Source of the DNA: Candidatus Moraniibacteriota bacterium
GTDB taxonomy: Bacteria; Patescibacteriota; Minisyncoccia; Moranbacterales; GWC2-37-73
Length of the DNA stretch: 43,073 nt
Assembly (NCBI GenBank): GCA_003507445.1
Contig: DNVR01000004.1
Location: 94,243 to 137,315, forward strand
Direction of reading: 5' to 3'
Part shown: piece after piece, positions 36,071 to 43,073 of the stretch
How the letters are laid out: each line of letters opens with the position of its first letter
How positions within the stretch are numbered: position 1 is the first letter of the stretch
Translations under genes and position numbers: made by a program
The notes under the pieces: generated by a model
Told to the model about the DNA's origin: nothing
Seen by the model: the letters and a program-made list of their open reading frames with translations, nothing else
The model's database searches: none

Positions 36071-36245
36071 ATAAAAGTTTGTAAAGTTATAAGGTTCTTA
36101 AGGCTTGTAAGGTCATAATGCAAAGTATTAAACCTTTTAGCTTTTGCATAAGCATTATAGCATATTATGATGAAATAAAAAGGGCTTATTGAAGCCAATG
36201 TGTGTGTTTGCAAACTAGTGAAATTGACGGTATTATATCTAGACT

Positions 36246-37712
36246 ATGAAAATTACAACATTGACACAATTTGAAGCATTTCTAGAAACTCGTATTCCAA
36301 CGCGGGAAGCTTTGTTTATGGGAGATATTGGCCTTAGGCGGGCTAAATATTTTATGAAGCTACTGGGCAATCCGCAAAATAAAGTTAAAGTTATCCACAT
36401 TGCTGGGACTTCTGGCAAAGGCTCGACTGCCCATCTGACCAGCCATATTCTGCAAAGCCAAGGATTTTCAGTTGGAATGTCAATTTCTCCACATATTTTT
36501 GATATCCGCGAAAGAATGCAGATCAACAATCAGCTGCCGAATGAAAAACTGATTCTTAAATATTTTAACCAAATTTTGCCAACAATTTTGAAAATGGAAA
36601 AGTGTAAATATGGTATGCCAACTTTTTTTGAAATCAATGTCGCTCTGGCTTTTTATATGTTTGCCAAAGAAAAATTGGACTACGCCGTGATGGAAACAGG
36701 GCTTGGTGGAAGACTTGATGCAACCAACACAGTGACAAACAAAAACAAAATTTGCATCATCACAAAACTTGGGCTGGATCACACTCAAATTCTTGGAAAG
36801 ACCATTTCCGAAATTGCCGCTGAGAAAGCTGGGATAATTAACAGTAAAAATACAACAATCAACACGCAACAAAAACCTGCCGCACAAACCGTCATCAAAA
36901 ATAGATGTGAAGAAAAAAACGCCACATTGCATATTATCGATAAGAAAAATTATTCCATCATTTCCTCGACCGCCAATGAGACTATTTTTGATTTTTCATT
37001 TTCACCTGTCATTCCGGGCTTGACCCGGAATCCAGGATTTAGCACACAAAATTTTCTATTACAATATAAACATAAATTAAAACCCCGGGTATTAATCCTG
37101 GATTCCTGCCTACGCAGGAATGACAAAGGGAGGAAACTATCTTTAAAAAATATACGTTTAGGTTTGATTGGAATTCATCAGGCTGAAAATTGCTCATTGG
37201 CTCTTGCCTGCCTTTCAACCCTGTCAGAGCGTGACAAATTTGATGTCAATGAAACATCTTTGCGCAATGCGCTCGAGAACATCAACATAACTGGAAGATT
37301 AGAAATTAGAAAAATTAATGGCAAGACCTTAATAATCGACGGTGCGCACAATCCCCAGAAAATGAAAGCTCTTACCAGCAATCTTTCCAAAATTTATCCC
37401 TCACAAAAATTTACTTTCATTGTCGCTTTTAAGAAAGGCAAAGATTTTAAAACAATGCTAAAATATATCATCCCGCTCGCAGACAAAATCCTACTCACAC
37501 AATTTTCAACCTCAGGAATGGATAATCATTGGAGTTCAATCGACAACCAAGAAATCGCAACATTTTTGCAATCCCAAAACTTCAAAAACTTTTCCATCAT
37601 AAAAAACAAACGTTCTGACATTCTTAAGAATGTCAGAACGTCAAAAGAACCAGTTGTAATAACTGGATCGTTATACTTGATTTCATCAATTTATCCATTT
37701 TTAAAAATATAA
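36246..37712 (+). CDS. folC: Folylpolyglutamate/dihydrofolate synthase with an in-frame palindromic insertion
   Basis: IHIAGTSGKGST, SPH, RERM, TFFE, ETGLGGRLDATN, DH, EKAGI, GRLE, DGAHNP, TGSLY. Confidence 0.93.
   Translation: MKITTLTQFEAFLETRIPTREALFMGDIGLRRAKYFMKLLGNPQNKVKVIHIAGTSGKGSTAHLTSHILQSQGFSVGMSISPHIFDIRERMQINNQLPNEKLILKYFNQILPTILKMEKCKYGMPTFFEINVALAFYMFAKEKLDYAVMETGLGGRLDATNTVTNKNKICIITKLGLDHTQILGKTISEIAAEKAGIINSKNTTINTQQKPAAQTVIKNRCEEKNATLHIIDKKNYSIISSTANETIFDFSFSPVIPGLTRNPGFSTQNFLLQYKHKLKPRVLILDSCLRRNDKGRKLSLKNIRLGLIGIHQAENCSLALACLSTLSERDKFDVNETSLRNALENINITGRLEIRKINGKTLIIDGAHNPQKMKALTSNLSKIYPSQKFTFIVAFKKGKDFKTMLKYIIPLADKILLTQFSTSGMDNHWSSIDNQEIATFLQSQNFKNFSIIKNKRSDILKNVRTSKEPVVITGSLYLISSIYPFLKI
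37007..37125. repeat. Paired GTCAT-type REP-like palindromes inside folC
   Basis: tgtcattccgggcttgacccggaatccaggat ... atcctggattcctgcctacgcaggaatgaca. Confidence 0.85.
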
Positions 37713-37738
37713 AAACCCCAACTTTCATCGGGGTTTTT
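37711..37738. terminator. Bidirectional terminator
   Basis: aaaaacccc...ggggttttt between convergent folC and khpA. Confidence 0.7.
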
Positions 37739-37756
37739 ATTATATCGAAAGTGATA

Positions 37757-38110
37757 TTAGATGTTCATATCTCCAAGCACATCATCAATGCTCTTTTTTA
37801 CTTCTGGAGCTGGTGCTGCTTCTGGTCGAGGTGTTCGCTCTCCACGAAGAGAACCTTCTGGTTCATTAATCTTAAGATTAACGCGTGCATTATTACGTGC
37901 ACCAATAACTCTCAAAATTGTACGAAGGGCTTTTGCGGTCTGACCTTCTCGGCCGATTACCATTCCCATATCTGCTGGATTTACATCAAGCGTAATGAGA
38001 ACTCCCATTTCATCAATTTTCCTTTCTACCTTTACATCTCCAGGGTTATCAACGAGCGCCTTAACAGCGAACTCTAAAAATTCCTGGTCTGTGGGTCTTA
38101 CATCTGTCAT
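37757..38110 (-). CDS. khpA: KH-domain RNA-binding protein KhpA
   Basis: KALVDNP, DMGMVIGREGQTAKALRT; near trmD. Confidence 0.9.
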   Translation of the reverse strand: MTDVRPTDQEFLEFAVKALVDNPGDVKVERKIDEMGVLITLDVNPADMGMVIGREGQTAKALRTILRVIGARNNARVNLKINEPEGSLRGERTPRPEAAPAPEVKKSIDDVLGDMNI

Positions 38111-38227
38111 AACTTTATTTCATTAATTACTGTTTAATACCGAGAAAGATTACGCAAAACGGTCGACCAAACCATTTTATTTTTTAATCTTCTCTACCTC
38201 TAATTATAGTCTATTTTGCAGTTTTTG

Positions 38228-39661
38228 TCAATTCTTCCTTTTTCTAAACAAAACCAAGGCTGTCTTGAGGCATATTTGGATGTCCTGCCAAAGCGACCAA
38301 TTTTCAATATAAAACACATCCAGCTTATATTCATCTTCAAACTCGAGGTCGCTGCGCCCTGAAACTTGAGCCATTCCTGTAACCCCCGGTTTAATCGTCA
38401 GTAAACGCCTGTGATATTCATTGTATTTTTCAACTTCCCTTTCCTGATGTGGACGAGGACCCACTAAACTCATATCCCCAAACAGTACATTGAAAAATTG
38501 CGGAAGCTCGTCAATAGAAAATCTCTCAATAAATGCGCCAACTTTTGTTTTGCGAGGATCATTTTTAATTTTGTAAAGCGGACCTTTTTTGATGCTTAAT
38601 TTTTCAATTAATTCTTTTTCATATTCCAAGGCCTTTTTTCCTTCTTTTGTATTAGGGTCTGTGCAAAACTCCCATTTCATATATCGAAACTTGAACACAT
38701 TAAATTTCTTTCCGTCACTTCCGATGCGCTCATTTTTATAAATGATAGGTGCACCTTTTCTATTTTCAAAAAGTGATTCGAATTTTATAAGCAAGGAAAC
38801 CAGCAGCATCAGTGGAGAAAGAATCACAATTAAAATGCTTGAGCTGATTATATCAAAAGTACGTTTTAATATTTTTCCCCAACCCTCAAGTGGAGTATGC
38901 CTGATTTCAATAATCGGTTCCCCATTGAAAATTCCTGCTTCGAATTTTGCGGTCTGCAATTTTGTCGGAATAAATTTATATGAAATATTATTAATTGCGC
39001 AATAATCGATTAATTTTTCCTGTTCTTCATCTGTAAGCAGTGCGTCGCAAACAATAATTTCATCAACACCTTTTCTTTCTTTAAGCTCGCGCACAGCTCT
39101 GATGCTGCCAGCTTCCATATGCCCAACAATTTTATAACCCAAAGCTGCATTATGTTTAATTAATTTCAAGATTTGATCCATCTTGCCATTTCTACCAATT
39201 AAAAGAAGTCTATGAACACCCACGCCTCTTGTTTCCAAGAGATGCTTCTGAATTTTTTGCAAAGCATATCTTCCAATTGTCACATATACAACAGTCAAAA
39301 CCCACCCTGCAAGAATTATAAAACGAGATGAAAACCATTCTCGTTTAAGAAAGATGGTCACAATAATCACAACCAAAACAATAGAAGTGGCGGAAAAAAC
39401 TTTCATAGCTTCCTGCCAAAATTTTCTAGTAACCTTAATATTGTAAAGCCCCTCCATAGCATAAATAAATAATGCCAGTGGAATTATCGTTAAAATAATA
39501 TTCAAATAACTTTCCAATGGAAAGTTATACAACTTTGGTTTTAATGCCAAAATTTCAGGAATATTTCGAATTGCAAAAGCACTTAACGCCGCCAACAATA
39601 TCATTGCAGCATCCATTGGAACCTGAATAGCACTAAAAAATAATTCGCTGCGTTTTTTCAT
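38228..39661 (-). CDS. Undecaprenyl-phosphate sugar phosphotransferase (WcaJ/WbaP-type)
   Basis: [58 protein letters not shown]. Confidence 0.95.
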   Translation of the reverse strand: MKKRSELFFSAIQVPMDAAMILLAALSAFAIRNIPEILALKPKLYNFPLESYLNIILTIIPLALFIYAMEGLYNIKVTRKFWQEAMKVFSATSIVLVVIIVTIFLKREWFSSRFIILAGWVLTVVYVTIGRYALQKIQKHLLETRGVGVHRLLLIGRNGKMDQILKLIKHNAALGYKIVGHMEAGSIRAVRELKERKGVDEIIVCDALLTDEEQEKLIDYCAINNISYKFIPTKLQTAKFEAGIFNGEPIIEIRHTPLEGWGKILKRTFDIISSSILIVILSPLMLLVSLLIKFESLFENRKGAPIIYKNERIGSDGKKFNVFKFRYMKWEFCTDPNTKEGKKALEYEKELIEKLSIKKGPLYKIKNDPRKTKVGAFIERFSIDELPQFFNVLFGDMSLVGPRPHQEREVEKYNEYHRRLLTIKPGVTGMAQVSGRSDLEFEDEYKLDVFYIENWSLWQDIQICLKTALVLFRKRKN

Positions 39662-39670
39662 TTTTTTCAG

Positions 39671-39799
39671 AAGTTACGCGTTTCGAAACATTTCTTTTTT
39701 GGCCAATTGTTGGCGACAGCAACTCTTTGAGCTTTTGGATATTGAGTATTCATCCAAAAGCGTGCCAAATAAGAAATTGTTGAGAAAGTGCGTAAGTCC
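39671..39799. repeat. Branched hairpin element, family B
   Basis: aagttacgcg...tgcgtaagtcc, 9 bp upstream of the sugar transferase ATG. Confidence 0.9.
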
Positions 39800-39839
39800 T
39801 ATTTTTACAAAAATAATAATTTCAAGTTCTTTAAGTTCA

Positions 39840-40450
39840 TAATTTATCAAGCCAACCGATAAGCCGGATTCTGTCTAGGGCAGTCATTTATCTGGGCTTG
39901 CCATTACTGACAAGCTCGAGCGACACAAACCGACGCAAAGCGTCAGAATTACCAATAACCAATTTCCAATTTCCAATAAAATCCCAATTCTTCAATGACC
40001 AATGAATAAAAATTTTAGACATTTGAAATTAGATATTAGAAATTTATTAGAAATTAGATATTAGAAATTAGATATTTCCGATGCTTTGCATCGGAGTACG
40101 GTCTTGCATTTAAGTAAGGATTTAGCCGTTTCACTCCTGATGTTTCCATCAAGACTCACCCCGAAGGGTGCCCGATTTTTTCAAATCAAGGCGTCTCTGC
40201 TCGCACCTCGCGCATCACTACGGACGGGTGTTACCCGCTACTATTTTACTCCAATAAATTAGAGTAAATGTCCGGACTTTCCTCCACTCGTGTCTCGCTA
40301 CCGCTCGCCACTATACGGACCTATGTAGACTACAACAGACTTATGCAGAATTTCTTCTGTATTGGTCAGTGTTGAGTCAGTATTGGTCCGCGTAGTGCTG
40401 AACGAAAGTGAGGCACGAATGGCGATTGCCTAGCTGACTTGATAAATTAT
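39840..40450 (-). ncRNA. rnpB: RNase P RNA, expanded to about 600 nt by two repeat hairpins
   Basis: Reverse complement has GAGGAAAGTCCGG, GCAAGACC, AGATAAATGACTGCC and ACAGAATCCGGCTTA; long P1 pairing between the ends. Ends are approximate. Confidence 0.93.
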
Positions 40451-40519
40451 ATTCTCAAAGATCCATATTATGATTATACCATAACCGATGCAGTATAGCT
40501 ATTTTAAGCCATTTTGTCA

Positions 40520-40621
40520 ACCCCGTTAGAGAAATACTGACGCAAACTAAAACGAGATAACTGTCTCTATCTTAAATTTACATACCATAAATAAGCGACT
40601 TCTGTATTTCTCTAACGGGGT
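40520..40621. repeat. MITE-like element with 18-bp terminal inverted repeats ACCCCGTTAGAGAAATAC
   Basis: accccgttagagaaatac ... gtatttctctaacggggt. Confidence 0.8.
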
Positions 40622-40626
40622 CAAGC

Positions 40627-42513
40627 CTATTGCCTGCCTCCAAAATACCATTGATAAACTTCCTTAGTAACTGGCAACGCACTGGAATGACCCTCTCCGC
40701 CACCTTCTACCAAAACTGCCATAGCAATTTCTGGATCATTATACGGAGCAAAGGAAACAAACCAAGCGTGAGTTTTGTCCTCACTACCAAATTCGGCAGT
40801 ACCTGTTTTCCCGGCAATTTCAACTGGCATATCTTTAAGTGTCTGCGCTGTCCCAGCCAAGACGGTTTGCCGCATACCTTCGCGCACAACAGAAAGCACA
40901 TCTGAAGAAACAAAATCGGAATGAATTATTTCTGGCTGAATAATAATATTTTCTCCATTACTTTTTTTTATTTGAGAAACCAAATATGGTTTATACAATG
41001 TTCCGCCATTGGCAACTGCCGCAGTATAATTTGCAACTTGAAGTGGAGTTGCCGTCACATATCCTTGACCAATTGATGCGTGATAACTGTTCCCAACTGA
41101 CCATTTTTCCTTGATTTTATCCAGTTTCCATTTTTCATCTGGAATAAAGCCACTTGCTTCCCCGCCAATATCAATACCTGAAGGTTTTCCAAATCCAAAC
41201 AAATTGTACCATTTTTTCATCCGAGTCATTCCAAGTCCACTTACGTTTCCATATCCACCACCAATTGTATAGAAAAAAATATCATTACTTTCAGCTATTG
41301 CCATACGTACATCACTTGGCCCGTGAGTCTTCCAGTCTCCGAAAGTATAACTTCCTATTCGTAACATTCCTCCAAGTCCATCAATGATTGTGGATGGACT
41401 TATAACGCCTTCGGAAAGCGCACCGGATGCAATTGCAGGCTTGATTGTTGAACCGGGAGGATATTCTCCTGAAATTGCCCTGTCAAAAAGTGGATTGCTT
41501 GGATCATTTATCAAATTTGCATATTGATCACCCGAAATTTTATTAGCAAACAAGTTGTTATCAAAACTTGGCACATTAACCATTGCCAACACTTGACCAG
41601 TTTTTGGATCAATAGCCACGGCTGCTGCGGTTTTTGTTCCTGTTTTTTCCAAAACGCCATTAATGCTGTCATAAATTTTTTTCTGAAGTCCAGCATCAAT
41701 GCTCATAATCAAATCACTACCCGGTTTTGGGTTTATAATGCCCACCTCTCTTTTGGTGTTGCCCATTGAATCAACTTCTGCCTGATCCGCGCCGTGAACT
41801 CCTCGCAAATATTTTTCATAAGATTTTTCAATTCCTTGCTTTCCAATATAATCAGTAAGCAAATAGCTCTGATCACGATCAAGTTCTTTTTGTTCAATTT
41901 TTCCTTCATAACCAAGAATGTGTGAAAATATAGGTCCATCTGTATAATCTCTGATTGCCGTTTTTTCAATACCAATTCCTGGAAGATCATTTCCTTTTTC
42001 AAGAAGTGACAAGGCTTGATTATGTTCAATGTGCTCTTTCAATAAAACAGGATTGAGCGATTTGGAAGTGGCATTTTTTTCAAGCACAACCCAAACTTCT
42101 TCAACATTCATATTCAAAATTTTTGAAACATCTTCGGCAATTTCTTTTGTTTTTGCACTATCCCTAGGGATATCAACTGGAATTACTACCGCATCAATAC
42201 TCGGCACATTGTTAACCAACGGCACACCGGCGCGATCAAAAATCCTACCGCGTGGAGCCTTGATCACAACAGAACGAACACTGTTGCCTTTTGAAACATC
42301 TTGATAATACGCTCCTCGTATAACAATCAAGAAAAACACTCGCACACCAAGAATCACAACAAACGCAACCATAAAAATCCACAGAAAATCAAACCATTTT
42401 TTTTCAAGCGGTTTCTCCATTCGTGAAGCTTCTTTCTCTGTCGCCGTAAGGACATAGTCTTCAATTTCCATCCCTGAGAATTTTTTTGGTATTCTTTGTT
42501 TTCTTTTAAACAT
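40627..42513 (-). CDS. mrdA: Penicillin-binding protein 2
   Basis: APRGRIFDR, GKQGIE, SxxK (STIK), SND at the SxN position, KTG; follows mreD. Confidence 0.95.
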   Translation of the reverse strand: MFKRKQRIPKKFSGMEIEDYVLTATEKEASRMEKPLEKKWFDFLWIFMVAFVVILGVRVFFLIVIRGAYYQDVSKGNSVRSVVIKAPRGRIFDRAGVPLVNNVPSIDAVVIPVDIPRDSAKTKEIAEDVSKILNMNVEEVWVVLEKNATSKSLNPVLLKEHIEHNQALSLLEKGNDLPGIGIEKTAIRDYTDGPIFSHILGYEGKIEQKELDRDQSYLLTDYIGKQGIEKSYEKYLRGVHGADQAEVDSMGNTKREVGIINPKPGSDLIMSIDAGLQKKIYDSINGVLEKTGTKTAAAVAIDPKTGQVLAMVNVPSFDNNLFANKISGDQYANLINDPSNPLFDRAISGEYPPGSTIKPAIASGALSEGVISPSTIIDGLGGMLRIGSYTFGDWKTHGPSDVRMAIAESNDIFFYTIGGGYGNVSGLGMTRMKKWYNLFGFGKPSGIDIGGEASGFIPDEKWKLDKIKEKWSVGNSYHASIGQGYVTATPLQVANYTAAVANGGTLYKPYLVSQIKKSNGENIIIQPEIIHSDFVSSDVLSVVREGMRQTVLAGTAQTLKDMPVEIAGKTGTAEFGSEDKTHAWFVSFAPYNDPEIAMAVLVEGGGEGHSSALPVTKEVYQWYFGGRQ

Positions 42514-42518
42514 AATTT

Positions 42519-43031
42519 CTATTCAATTACAAAAAACTTCTTCACTTTTTTAAGAACAAAAAAACAAAACAAAAACAAGAAGGTATTAAACAAAATTTGA
42601 AAAATAATAATCTTCCAATTGCCAAACTCTTCAAAATATCCATTGAATGTCTGCAGGTCCCAAGCAACAGACAATGCGATAATCCCGCGAGAAAGCAGTG
42701 TAGCAACGGCAACAAAAATAACAAACAGCACCACACCAACACCTTTTATTTCAACAGAAAAGCGTCTGGAAAAAAAACTCACAAAATAAACAACCAAAAG
42801 AAAAATAAGAGCGTGAATTCCAACAGTTGTATAACTAGCAAGATCATAAACAATTCCAGCAAAAATAGCCCACCAAAAAAACGCAAAGAATCCATCCAAA
42901 ACTGATCCAGCCAAAATAAGCATCAACACGACATCGCCCGCTATATGCAAAGGAGATATTAAAGGCAGCACACTTGTTTGCAAAACAACTGCGCAAAACA
43001 AAAGCAGACAATAAACAATTTTTTTCTTCAT
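42519..43031 (-). CDS. mreD: Rod shape-determining protein MreD-like
   Basis: 170 aa, about 5 TM, LQTS and AG..YD..S...G motifs; directly upstream of PBP2. Confidence 0.75.
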   Translation of the reverse strand: MKKKIVYCLLLFCAVVLQTSVLPLISPLHIAGDVVLMLILAGSVLDGFFAFFWWAIFAGIVYDLASYTTVGIHALIFLLVVYFVSFFSRRFSVEIKGVGVVLFVIFVAVATLLSRGIIALSVAWDLQTFNGYFEEFGNWKIIIFQILFNTFLFLFCFFVLKKVKKFFVIE

Positions 43032-43040
43032 TTGCTATGG

Positions 43041-43073
43041 GACTTACGCATTTTCTCAACGATTTCTTTTTTG
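43041..43073. repeat. Family B element (truncated by window end)
   Basis: acttacgcattttctcaacgatttcttttttg matches 30474-30505 with one mismatch. Confidence 0.8.

Noticed and set aside
38142..38195. Leader hairpin upstream of khpA as an autoregulatory element
   Set aside because: Only a short imperfect stem (gagaaagatta/taatcttctc) with no second copy or recognisable motif; too weak to call.
4953..38230. Alternative genetic code (TGA=Gly)
   Set aside because: TGA ends genes at their expected C-termini (4953, 25227, 38228), long ORFs are open under code 11, and prfB is present.
39690..39775. Hammerhead ribozyme in the family B three-way junction
   Set aside because: The CUGANGA and GAAA core is not present at the junction on either strand.
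13491..40418. CRISPR arrays
   Set aside because: Repeats are 6-11 bp degenerate units without ~30-bp unique spacers, and there are no cas genes.
24816..40621. Integron attC sites for the GTTARA...TYTAAC elements
   Set aside because: GTT precedes AAC, the reverse of the attC R''...R' order; there is no cassette array or integrase.

Overview
AT-rich chromosomal segment, most consistent with a CPR/Patescibacteria (Parcubacteria-like) genome. This is inferred from gene content and order and from near-leaderless promoters; TGA is used as a stop, so the code is 11. Most genes are on the minus strand: mreD-mrdA, rnpB, a sugar transferase, khpA, trmD, ftsW-murG-murC, rnhA, a MacAB-type ABC exporter, a DsbA-like protein, an aminotransferase, porCD(X)AB, tRNA-Thr, rubrerythrin, ZIP, GxxExxY, frameshifted prfB, ftsEX, tRNA-Gln, a pseudouridine synthase and a GT4. 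folC, mqo and a GT-C cluster are on the plus strand. The unusual biology lies between and inside genes. (1) Two small genes, a GxxExxY PD-(D/E)XK nuclease-like gene and a four-helix-bundle/IVP gene, each sit in an operon junction bracketed by their own inverted tandem-repeat arms. Matching gene-less ('empty') copies with the same repeat spacing occur at other junctions and inside the RNase P RNA, and isolated repeat runs occur inside proteins. This suggests a repeat-armed cassette mobility system. (2) Two apparently leaderless leader peptides with attenuator-like pairing lie 2 kb apart: an Asn/Asp-rich one before mqo and a Phe/Tyr/Trp-rich one before an orphan gene. (3) Several further families of structured palindromic elements are present, one translated in frame within FolC. 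All calls are from reading the sequence by eye; no database searches or folding programs were run.
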